From an uncultured Gemmatimonadaceae bacterium (GTDB lineage Bacteria > Gemmatimonadota > Gemmatimonadetes > Gemmatimonadales > Gemmatimonadaceae): a stretch of 64,000 nucleotides of DNA. Positions 52,000-64,000 of the stretch are shown here, piece by piece. Where the stretch lies: NCBI GenBank assembly GCA_963790305.1, contig CAWBOC010000009.1, positions 448,001 through 512,000 on the forward strand, read 5' to 3'. The notes under the pieces were generated by a model. It was not told where the DNA came from. It worked only from the letters and a program-made list of their open reading frames with translations, and made no database searches. Positions within the stretch are counted from its first letter, which is position 1. Every line of letters begins with the position of its first letter. Made by a program: the position numbers and the translations under genes.

Positions 52000-53577
52000 G
52001 TGGAGCAGCACGGGCGAATTGCGGAGCATGAGGAGCGCGAGACGGCGAGCGTGGGACGCAGCCAGAACGTCGTGCACATCCTCCCGCACGATATGGCCTC
52101 TGCCGCAGGAGTGCTCACCACGGTGCTCGAGCGGCTCGACCGCGAGACGCCAGAGCTGCAGGTTCTTCTGCTGGCTCCGGATCCAGAAGCGGCCATATCT
52201 CTCGCACGGGCCGTCTCGTCCCTGCCGCAGGCCGCTGGCCTTCGCGTCATCCCCGCCTCGAGCGCACGCCGCGCAACGCGCCTCCTTCGCGCCCGACCGA
52301 CACATGGGGTGATCGGCGCACCGACCGAGCTCCTGGAGCTGGTCAGGACATCGGTGCTCAAGCTCGAGCACGTCCGCGCATTGGTGCTCGCCTGGGTCGA
52401 CGAGATCGTCGATGACGCCGCGTCCCGAGAGGCGCTGGAGGCAGTGCTCGCCGAAGTTCCGAAGGACGCTGCCCGAACGATCATCGCATCGCGCCAGACG
52501 CCGGAGGTGGAGCAGCTCATCGAACGGTATGCGCGTCGCGCGCGGCGCGCGGGCGACGCGAAGACCGACGCCGTGGCGACGCCTATCCGCTACGTCTCGA
52601 GCTCTGCCTGGGGACGGCTCCCCACACTGCAGCGAGTGCTGGACGAGCTCGATCCCGAAGTCGCCGCCGTCTTCACTCGCTCGGAATCGACGGAGCGCGA
52701 GCTGCGCCAGCTTCTGGAGTCACTGGGGCACGTGGGCGATGACGCCGGCGTACGCGTGACGCGTGGGGCTCCGGTGATCGAGGCGGACACGATCATACTT
52801 CTGGACATCCCGACTCGTGAAGAGTTGCGCGCAGTGATGGGCGGAGCGACCCCCGCCGTCGTCGCGATCGTGCAGCCCCGACAGCTCGATACAGTGCGGT
52901 CGCTTGCGGGTGGCGCGCCCGTGACGCCGCTCCGCGCCTCGGGGGCAGCGGGCCGCGCTCGGAAGCGCGTCGCCGCACTCCGCTCGGAGCTGCGTGATGT
53001 TCTCGCGAGCGGAATTCCAACGCACGAGCTTCTGGCGCTCGAGCCGCTTCTCGATGAGTACGACGGCGTCGAGGTGGCGGCGGCCGCCCTGCGTCTGTTG
53101 GAGCGCGCGCGGTCGACTGAGGTCGTCCGCGCGACGGCCCCCGCCCCGGCGGCGGTCACTGCAGCGCCCGCGGGCGGCTGGACGCGCATTTTCGTCGGTG
53201 CGGGCACGCGCGACCGAGTGGGGCCTGGCGACCTCGTCGGCGCCATCACCGGCGAGGCAGGAGTGACGCGTGAGAGCATCGGAAAGATCGAGCTGCGCGA
53301 GAATCATTCGCTGGTGGAGATCGCGACCGCGGATGCCGAGCGGGTGGCTGGTGCCCTGACTGGAACCATGCTTCGTGGACGACGGGTGATCGCACGATTG
53401 GACAAGGGCCGCGAGGCGAGAGGAGAGCGAGGTGATCGCGGAGGGCGACCGGGCGGCTCCCGATCCGAGCGTGGGGAGCGCGGGCCACGCGATCGCGGGG
53501 ATCGCCCTGATCGCGGCCCTCGTCGCGTGCGCGGCGATGTGGAACGGCACCGCCCTCGGACCACCGACGCGGAGTAG
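52000..53577 (+). CDS. DeaD/CsdA-like protein with a DbpA RNA-binding domain and degenerate helicase motifs
   Basis: GGAGG then GTG at 52000; C-terminal RIFVGAGTRDRVGPGDLVGAI...IGKIEL and an RG-rich tail; remnants LLLAP, IGAPTELLEL and LVLAWVDE. Confidence 0.75.
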   Translation: MEQHGRIAEHEERETASVGRSQNVVHILPHDMASAAGVLTTVLERLDRETPELQVLLLAPDPEAAISLARAVSSLPQAAGLRVIPASSARRATRLLRARPTHGVIGAPTELLELVRTSVLKLEHVRALVLAWVDEIVDDAASREALEAVLAEVPKDAARTIIASRQTPEVEQLIERYARRARRAGDAKTDAVATPIRYVSSSAWGRLPTLQRVLDELDPEVAAVFTRSESTERELRQLLESLGHVGDDAGVRVTRGAPVIEADTIILLDIPTREELRAVMGGATPAVVAIVQPRQLDTVRSLAGGAPVTPLRASGAAGRARKRVAALRSELRDVLASGIPTHELLALEPLLDEYDGVEVAAAALRLLERARSTEVVRATAPAPAAVTAAPAGGWTRIFVGAGTRDRVGPGDLVGAITGEAGVTRESIGKIELRENHSLVEIATADAERVAGALTGTMLRGRRVIARLDKGREARGERGDRGGRPGGSRSERGERGPRDRGDRPDRGPRRVRGDVERHRPRTTDAE

Positions 53578-53586
53578 CACGATCGA

Positions 53587-54192
53587 ATGCTCTACGGCGC
53601 CCGTGGCGGGTGGATCGAGGTCATCGCGGGAGTGATGTTCAGCGGGAAGAGCGAGGAGCTCATCCGCCGCGTTCGTCGCGCGATGATCGCACGGAAAAAG
53701 GTCCAGGTTTTCAAGTCGCATCTGGACGAGCGCTACCAGGGACTCTACGCCGTGTCCAGCCACGACGGTCGTACGGTCGAGGCGATTCCCATCGACTCAT
53801 CGATCCAGATCGCGCAGCAGCTCAACACGCTCGCCGACGTCATCGCGATTGATGAGGCGCAGTTTCTCGACGCGGGGATCGTTCCGCTCGTCCGCTCCTT
53901 TGCCACGCGCGGGTTGCGCGTGATCATTGCCGGCACGGACACCGATTTCCGTGGCGAGCCATTCGGCGCGATGCCGCAGCTCATGGCCGACGCGGAGCTC
54001 GTCGACAAGCTCCACGCGATCTGCGTGGTCTGTGGAGGGCCGGCGTGTCGCAACCAGCGTATCATCGACGGGCGCCCAGCCGGCTACGACTCGCCGACGA
54101 TCATGGTGGGAGGGCGCGAGTCGTACGAGGCGCGTTGTCGCCACTGCCATCAGGTTCCACGAGTCGACGAAGACCAGGTGGCCCTTCTGTGA
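53587..54192 (+). CDS. tdk: Thymidine kinase
   Basis: [28 protein letters not shown] and YEARCRHC motifs. Confidence 0.95.
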   Translation: MLYGARGGWIEVIAGVMFSGKSEELIRRVRRAMIARKKVQVFKSHLDERYQGLYAVSSHDGRTVEAIPIDSSIQIAQQLNTLADVIAIDEAQFLDAGIVPLVRSFATRGLRVIIAGTDTDFRGEPFGAMPQLMADAELVDKLHAICVVCGGPACRNQRIIDGRPAGYDSPTIMVGGRESYEARCRHCHQVPRVDEDQVALL

Positions 54193-54265
54193 CACCTACC
54201 GTTGACGGCTGCGTCCGGTTGCTCCTACCTTGCGCTCTCGTTCCCTGAACGCCCTGGAGACGCGA

Positions 54266-54880
54266 ATGCTTCTGGTCGGGCTCACCGGCAATATCGCCAG
54301 CGGAAAATCGACCGTCGCGAAGCTGTTTGGCCAGTGGGGCGCAACGCTGATCGACGCGGACGTGCTCGCGCGTCAGGCGGTGGACGTCGGCATGCCCGCG
54401 TATCACGCGATCGTGGAGCGGTGGGGGGAGGGCGTGACCGCGCCTGACGGCCTCCTCGACCGTCGCGAGCTCCGCCAGCGGGTGTTCTCGGACAGCGAGC
54501 AGCTCGAGGCACTCAACGCCATCGTGCATCCGGAGGTGCAGCGTCTTCGGGATCAGCTCGTCGATGACGCCCGCCGCCGAGGCGACCGCGTCGTCGTCTG
54601 CGACATCCCGCTGCTCTTCGAGCGGCGTCTCGCCGAGCAGTTCGACCGGATCGTGCTGGTGGATGCGCCGCGTCCGGTGCGCATGGACCGCCTCGTCCGC
54701 GACCGCGGACTCGAGACGACCGAGGCAATGAAGATGATCGCCTCGCAGATGCCCGCCGAATTGAAGCGTGCGCGCGCGGACTATCTCATCGACAACACCG
54801 GGACGCAGCAGGAGCTCGAATTTCGAGCGCGCGAGGTCTGGGAAGCGTTGCAGCGAGATGCGGTGCCAGCGGCGTCATAG
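54266..54880 (+). CDS. coaE: Dephospho-CoA kinase
   Basis: GLTGNIASGKST, DADVLAR, LNAIVHP, DIPLLFE and SQMP motifs. Confidence 0.95.
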   Translation: MLLVGLTGNIASGKSTVAKLFGQWGATLIDADVLARQAVDVGMPAYHAIVERWGEGVTAPDGLLDRRELRQRVFSDSEQLEALNAIVHPEVQRLRDQLVDDARRRGDRVVVCDIPLLFERRLAEQFDRIVLVDAPRPVRMDRLVRDRGLETTEAMKMIASQMPAELKRARADYLIDNTGTQQELEFRAREVWEALQRDAVPAAS

Positions 54881-54918
54881 ACTGAGGTGCTCGAGCACCT
54901 TGAGCACATTGAGCACGT
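54881..54918. repeat. Short 9-nt-periodic repeat/hairpin after coaE
   Basis: AGGTGCTCGAGCACCT palindrome followed by TGAGCACAT TGAGCACGT. Confidence 0.55.
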
Positions 54919-54930
54919 CTCGTTCATTGC

Positions 54931-54959
54931 TTGACTCCACGACACGCTCTCTCTAGCTT
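54931..54959 (+). promoter_or_regulatory. Sigma70-type promoter of gcvH
   Basis: TTGACT-N17-TAGCTT. Confidence 0.6.
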
Positions 54960-54991
54960 GGCGCCGTTTCCCTTCCCCCCGGAGCGCGCGC

Positions 54992-55381
54992 GTGGCCGAC
55001 CTGCCGAAGGATCTCCTCTACACCGAGGAGCACGAGTACGTAAAGGCCACCGACGACCCGAGCGTCGTGCAAATTGGAATCACCGACTACGCGCAAGGTG
55101 AGCTCGGCGACGTCGTGTACGTCGAGCTGCCAACGGTCGGCACCTCGTTCGGCCGCATGGATGTGTTCGGTACGATCGAAGCGGTGAAGGCGGTGTCGGA
55201 GCTCTTTTCTCCGCTGAGCGGCGAGGTCGTCGCCGTCAACACACGCCTCGACAAGGAACCGGCGCTCGTCAACACCGACCCGTATGGCGACGGGTGGATG
55301 ATCCGCGTCCGCCTGAAAAACGAAGGGGAGCGGAAACAGCTCATGAACGCCGAGGCGTACGCGAAGCTGATCGGGCAGTAA
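54992..55381 (+). CDS. gcvH: Glycine cleavage system H protein
   Basis: GITDYAQGELGDVV, IEAVKAVSE (lipoyl Lys) and NTDPYGDGW. Confidence 0.96.
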   Translation: MADLPKDLLYTEEHEYVKATDDPSVVQIGITDYAQGELGDVVYVELPTVGTSFGRMDVFGTIEAVKAVSELFSPLSGEVVAVNTRLDKEPALVNTDPYGDGWMIRVRLKNEGERKQLMNAEAYAKLIGQ

Positions 55382-55387
55382 GAAACC

Positions 55388-55440
55388 CCGGAAACGCGGA
55401 ATGCGGACTCATGTTTGCGCATTCCGCGTTCCGCATTCTC
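55388..55440. repeat. 7-nt-periodic hairpin at the gcvH/gcvP convergent junction
   Basis: AACGCGGAATGCG / CGCATTCCGCGTT arms plus an extra CCGCATT unit. Confidence 0.78.
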
Positions 55441-55445
55441 GTCAC

Positions 55446-58358
<2,913 letters not shown>

Positions 58359-58381
58359 GAATTTACCTTGCCATCACTTCA

Positions 58382-59209
58382 ATGGAATCCACGACCGGCT
58401 TCCTCGACTCGACCCGGGGCGATCGCGCGACTCCGAGGGGAGCGGCGCAGTTGCTGGTGTCCGCTCCGGCGGACGGGGCGACGAACATGGCCCTGGACGA
58501 GGTGCTCCTTCGTCGCGCGGCACGAACGGGAGAGCCCGTGTTTCGCGTGTATGGCTGGGTAGCGCCCACCGTCTCGCTCGGACGCAACCAGCCCGCCCGG
58601 GGCTGCTACGATCTCGAGCTGGCGAAGACCCGGGGAATCACGTTCGTTCGGCGCCTCACGGGAGGCCGTGCAATTCTCCACCACCGGGAGATCACGTACG
58701 CTGTCGCCGCACCGATCTCCGCGTATGGATCACTCTCCGAATCGTATCGCACGATCAATCGTCTGCTCCTGGAAGCACTCCGTACGCTGGGGGTCGAGGC
58801 ACGAGAGGCCCAATCGTCGAGCCGAGCCCCCGCTCCTAGCATGGCGCCGTGCTTCGACGAGCCGGTGGCGGGGGAGCTGGTGGCGGAAGGAAGGAAGCTC
58901 GTCGGCAGCGCGCAGGTCCGGGACGGCGGTGCCTTCTTGCAACACGGGTCGATTCTCCTGGACGACGATCAGCATCTGCTCACCGAGCTGGCCGTCCGCC
59001 AGGAGTTGGCCTCGCCACCGGCGACGCTGCGCGGTCTTGTCGGTCGGTCGGTGACGGTGGAGGAATTTGCCAGCGCGTTGGGGACTGCGGTTGCTGCGCA
59101 CGATGGGGTGCGCCTGAGTATGCTGGAGCTGGACGAGCAGTTGCTCGCCGATGTTCGTTCGCTTGTTCGCATTCGATACGGTCTTGCCGACTGGACGTGG
59201 CGCCGCTGA
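58382..59209 (+). CDS. Lipoate-protein ligase A/LipM-like octanoyltransferase
   Basis: NMALDE, VSLGRNQ, RRLTGGRAILH, KLVGSAQ and LQHGSI; next to the gcv genes. Confidence 0.9.
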   Translation: MESTTGFLDSTRGDRATPRGAAQLLVSAPADGATNMALDEVLLRRAARTGEPVFRVYGWVAPTVSLGRNQPARGCYDLELAKTRGITFVRRLTGGRAILHHREITYAVAAPISAYGSLSESYRTINRLLLEALRTLGVEAREAQSSSRAPAPSMAPCFDEPVAGELVAEGRKLVGSAQVRDGGAFLQHGSILLDDDQHLLTELAVRQELASPPATLRGLVGRSVTVEEFASALGTAVAAHDGVRLSMLELDEQLLADVRSLVRIRYGLADWTWRR

Positions 59210-59293
59210 TTTCTTGCTGTCCTGCCCTTCCTCGCCTTGACGCACCATCGCGGCGATACCCATTCTTGCCGCGCTTCCACCACCCCGACGACC

Positions 59294-60958
59294 ATGCTTG
59301 CTCGCGTCCTTCCTGTCCTCGCCGTCCTTGGCCTCGTGGCGTGCGGCCGCGGTGACCGTAGCAGTGCCGACGCTGGAGGCACTCTGATCATCACGGTCGG
59401 CGCCGAGCCGGACGCGATCCTTCCGATCACCACCACTACTCTGGCCGGAAACCAGGTCGCCGACATCATCTTCGAGCGGCTCGCCGAGCCGGGCCAGGAT
59501 CTGAACACGCGCGGAGACGCAGGGTTTGAACCGGAGCTCGCCGAAAGCTGGACATGGGCCCCCGACTCAATGTCGATCGCATTCAAGATGCATCCGAGTG
59601 CGAGGTGGCACGACGGAAGGCCGGTGACGGCGCGCGACGTCAGGTTCAGCTTCGATATCCACAAGGATCCGGAGGTCGGCTCCTCCGTAGCTCCGCTACT
59701 CACCCGCATCGACTCCGTCTCGGTGAGCGATTCGATGACGGCCGTCGTCTGGTACAAGCAGCGATATCCCGAACAGTTCCTCGATGCGGCGTACCAGATT
59801 CGCATCCACCCCGAGCACTGGCTCGGTCAGGTGAAGCGAGCGGAGTATACGACCTCTCCGGTCGTCCGATCCCCGATTGGCAGCGGCCGGTTCAAGTTCG
59901 CGCGGTGGGAGCCAGGGACGCTGCTCGAGGTCGTCGCCAACACCGAGCACTACCGCGGACGACCCAAGCTCGACCGCGTGCTGTGGACGATCGCGCCGGA
60001 TTTTCCCACGTCCGCGGCGCGCTTCTTCAGTGGCGAGGCGGATTACCTCGAGTATCTGCGACCGGAGAACATGGAGGAGCTCAAGAAGCATCAGGAGCTC
60101 ACCATGACATCATACGGGTCGCTCGACTACGGATTTGTCTGGTTCAACCTTCGCGATCCCCGCAACAACGCGCGCCCGCATCCGATCTTCGGCGATGTTG
60201 GTGTGCGTCGCGCGCTGTCCATGGCGGTCGATCGAGAGAAGGCCGTGCGAAACGTCCTGGGCGACCTCGGCATGGTGGCCCTTGGCCCGTTGCCGCGCGC
60301 ACACCTCTACGGGGACACGACGCTGAAAACCCCCGGCTTTGATCCAGAGGGAGCGAAGCGACTCCTCGATTCGCTCGGGTGGCGCGATGCGAACGGCGAT
60401 GGCATTCGGGAGAAGGGTGGCCGCCAGCTGCGGTTTTCACTCGCCGCCCCGACGTCGAGCCAAAACCGGATGCGCTTCAGCGTCGTGCTGCAAGCCATGC
60501 TTCGAGACGTGGGCGCTCGTGTCGAGCTCGACCATATGGAGGCGAGAGCGTTCGGGGAACTGCTCGCGCGCAAGCGGTTCGATGCCGCGATGCAGGCCTG
60601 GCACACCGACCCAACGCCGTCGAGCATCATCCAGACGTGGGGGAGAGCGGCCGTGAAGGATGGGGTGAATTTCGGTTCGTACGAGAACGCCCTCTTCGAC
60701 GCGTATGTCGACAGCGCAGCGACGTCCATGGATCCACAGCGCGCGCAGGCGTACTACCGTCGCGCGTATGAGACGATGATCGCCGATGCCCCGGCAGTCT
60801 GGCTGTACGAGCCGATCAACGCTGCCGGGCACCACAGTCGAATCAAAGTCGCGCCAATGCGTGCCGACGCCTGGTGGACGCGCATCCACGATTGGTACAT
60901 CCCGCGGAACGAGCGCATTCCGCGCGATAACATCGGGCTGCGCCCCGCGACGCCGTAG
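59294..60958 (+). CDS. Peptide/nickel ABC transporter substrate-binding lipoprotein (family 5)
   Basis: LVAC lipobox; PELAESW, WHDGRPVTARDV, IGSGRF and VRRALSMAVDR motifs. Confidence 0.92.
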   Translation: MLARVLPVLAVLGLVACGRGDRSSADAGGTLIITVGAEPDAILPITTTTLAGNQVADIIFERLAEPGQDLNTRGDAGFEPELAESWTWAPDSMSIAFKMHPSARWHDGRPVTARDVRFSFDIHKDPEVGSSVAPLLTRIDSVSVSDSMTAVVWYKQRYPEQFLDAAYQIRIHPEHWLGQVKRAEYTTSPVVRSPIGSGRFKFARWEPGTLLEVVANTEHYRGRPKLDRVLWTIAPDFPTSAARFFSGEADYLEYLRPENMEELKKHQELTMTSYGSLDYGFVWFNLRDPRNNARPHPIFGDVGVRRALSMAVDREKAVRNVLGDLGMVALGPLPRAHLYGDTTLKTPGFDPEGAKRLLDSLGWRDANGDGIREKGGRQLRFSLAAPTSSQNRMRFSVVLQAMLRDVGARVELDHMEARAFGELLARKRFDAAMQAWHTDPTPSSIIQTWGRAAVKDGVNFGSYENALFDAYVDSAATSMDPQRAQAYYRRAYETMIADAPAVWLYEPINAAGHHSRIKVAPMRADAWWTRIHDWYIPRNERIPRDNIGLRPATP

Positions 60959-60961
60959 ACC

Positions 60962-61948
60962 ATGCGGGGCCTGGTCGCCCGGCGGCTACTCCAGGCTGTC
61001 GTCATCGTCGCGATCGCGGCGACGACGACCTTTCTCCTGGTGCAGCTGGCACCGGGCGACCCGTTTACCAATTTGGCGGAAAACCCTCGTGTGCCGCCCG
61101 AGGTGCGTGATCGCCTCCGAGCGCGTTGGGGGCTCGATCGTCCAATGCACGAGCAGTACGCGCTCTATCTGCGGAACCTGGCGAGCGGCGATCTGGGGTG
61201 GTCCTTCTCCCAGAGCCGTCCGGTCGCTGACGCCATTTTCAATGCGCTGCCGAACACTCTCCTGCTCATGAGCGTGGCGCTCATCGGCGCCTTCGCCTTC
61301 GGGGTCACGGCCGGCGTGATCCGCGCTGGGCGCCGCGGATCGTTGGCGGATCGTGCGCTCGGTGCGGGAACGCTCGTGTTCTATTCGATGCCCGATTTCT
61401 GGCTCGCGATCATGGCGATGCTGGTGTTCGCGTATTGGATCCCCGTCTTCCCGACATCAGGCATGACGACGGCCGTCACGTACGACTACCTGTCGCCCGC
61501 CGGGAAGCTGATTGACCGGCTGTGGCATCTGGTCCTCCCGGCGACCACGCTCGTGCTCCTCCTGGCGGCGATCATCGCGCGCTACCAGCGGGCTGCCTTT
61601 CTCGACGTCGCGACGCAGGACTTCGTGCGGACCGCGCGCGCCAAGGGATTGCCCGAGCGAGCGGTGCTGTGGCGGCACGTGCTGCGGAATGCCCTGCTTC
61701 CGGTGATCACGCTGCTCGGGCTCGCGTTGCCCATGCTGGTGGGCGGTGCCGTCTTCATCGAGCGGGTCTTCGCGTGGCCCGGCATGGGCCGCCTGGTGGT
61801 CGACGCCATCGCGGCACGAGATCACGCGCTGGTGATGGCAATCGTCGTGATGGGAAGCGTTCTCGTGACGTTAGGCAGCCTGCTCGCCGACCTCCTGTAC
61901 GCGGTCGCCGACCCGCGTCTGAGACTGCACGCCCCGACGACCGCATGA
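60962..61948 (+). CDS. Peptide ABC transporter permease (OppB/DppB-like)
   Basis: APGDP, GLDRP..QY, DFVRTARAKG and IERVFAWPGMG motifs. Confidence 0.92.
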   Translation: MRGLVARRLLQAVVIVAIAATTTFLLVQLAPGDPFTNLAENPRVPPEVRDRLRARWGLDRPMHEQYALYLRNLASGDLGWSFSQSRPVADAIFNALPNTLLLMSVALIGAFAFGVTAGVIRAGRRGSLADRALGAGTLVFYSMPDFWLAIMAMLVFAYWIPVFPTSGMTTAVTYDYLSPAGKLIDRLWHLVLPATTLVLLLAAIIARYQRAAFLDVATQDFVRTARAKGLPERAVLWRHVLRNALLPVITLLGLALPMLVGGAVFIERVFAWPGMGRLVVDAIAARDHALVMAIVVMGSVLVTLGSLLADLLYAVADPRLRLHAPTTA

Positions 61949-62885
61949 CCGTCGTCAAATGGCTGCTGGCGATCGCGCTCGCGGCCGCGGTCGCGGCGGC
62001 CATTGGACGGTTGTGGGCGCGCATGGGAGCGAGCGGCGGGCCATGGGGCACCGCGCTCAGCAGGCTGAGGCGCGACGCGGCCGGCATGCTGGCCTTGCGC
62101 TTTCTCGTCTTCGTGGCGGCGGTGGCGCTCTTCGCGCGCTGGCTCGCCCCCTTCGATCCGAATCATCAGATCGACATCATTGCGCTCGCCTCGCGCCCGC
62201 CGAGCCTCGCGCATCCGTTCGGCACCGACATCTACAGCCGTGACGTGCTGAGCCGTCTCGTGCATGGCGCACGGATCTCGCTCTCGATCGCGTTCCTGGC
62301 GGTCGTGCTGTCGATCACGGTCGGAACCGCCTACGGCGCCATCTCGGGCTATGTCGGCGGACGCACGGACTCGGTGATGATGCGGGTCATCGACGCCATG
62401 CTGTCCATCCCGAGGGTTCTCGTCCTCCTCGCCATCTTCGCGCTGTGGGGGCGTGTTTCCCTCGCCGCGCTCGTGCTCATCCTTGGGCTCACGGGCTGGT
62501 TCGCGACCAGTCGCCTCGTCCGCGCGCAGGTACTCCAGCTCAAGACCGAGGAGATGGTCGTCGCCGCCCGAGCGCTCGGTGCCCGCCACCGGCGCATCCT
62601 GTGGCGCCACATTCTTCCCGGCGTCACCTCGACCGTCGTCGTCGCCGCAACACTCGGCATCGGCAACGTCATCATCCTCGAGGCCGGCCTGTCGTTCCTC
62701 GGCGTTGGCGTTCAGCCGCCCACCGCGAGCTGGGGCAACATCATCTCCGACGGGTCGAGCAACGTCGCCGGCATGTGGTGGATCTCGCTCTTTCCTGGCC
62801 TGGCAATCGTGCTGACGGTCATGGCGTTCAACATCATCGGTGACGCCTTGCGGGACGCGCTCGACCCGAGGGAGATTCAGCCCGC

Positions 62886-62889
<4 letters not shown>
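61945..62889 (+). CDS. Peptide ABC transporter permease (OppC/DppC-like)
   Basis: ATG at 61945; [20 protein letters not shown] and [10 protein letters not shown] motifs. Confidence 0.92.
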
Positions 62890-63925
<1,036 letters not shown>

Positions 63926-63929
<4 letters not shown>

Positions 63930-64000
63930 GCGGCTCGCTCCTCTCGGTCCGCGATCTGGTCAAGCACTTCCCGATCACGCGCGGCGTGTTCGGACGTACT
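63926..64000 (+). CDS. Peptide ABC transporter ATP-binding protein (OppF-like), 5' fragment
   Basis: GTG overlaps the previous stop; [24 protein letters not shown]; runs off the window. Confidence 0.8.

Noticed and set aside
53405..53530. Repetitive GATCGC/GAGCG sequence
   Set aside because: It encodes the ordinary RG/RD low-complexity tail of the DeaD-like protein.

Overview
This is a gene-dense, GC-rich bacterial chromosome segment of about 64 CDS. Gene content and style suggest Gemmatimonadota, which is an inference only. I found no rRNA, tRNA, CRISPR array, integrase or transposase. It is mostly housekeeping: glpK, mtnA, recF-DUF721-gyrB, pyrimidine-nucleoside phosphorylase, ferritin-ligA, folE, tdk-coaE-gcvH, gcvP, a lipoate ligase and a peptide ABC transporter. 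Main points of interest: (1) a co-directional nurA-herA-X-mre11-rad50-GNAT cluster, i.e. the archaeal-type DNA end-resection gene set in a bacterium, with an exported protein and a GNAT embedded; (2) a trypsin-like lipoprotein protease followed by a small lipoprotein that is a free-standing copy of the protease's own N-terminal propeptide; (3) two apparent pseudo-enzymes, a CcmF paralog lacking the WWD motif and most heme His ligands, and a DeaD-like protein lacking helicase motifs; (4) two families of intergenic hairpins built from 7-nt or 9-nt periodic units; (5) a candidate structured ncRNA near 36.5-36.75 kb; (6) a perfect CRP/FNR-type box between divergent sigma54-like promoters. Seven genes carry single-base frameshifts that look like long-read errors, and five of these lie at GAATG/CATTC.
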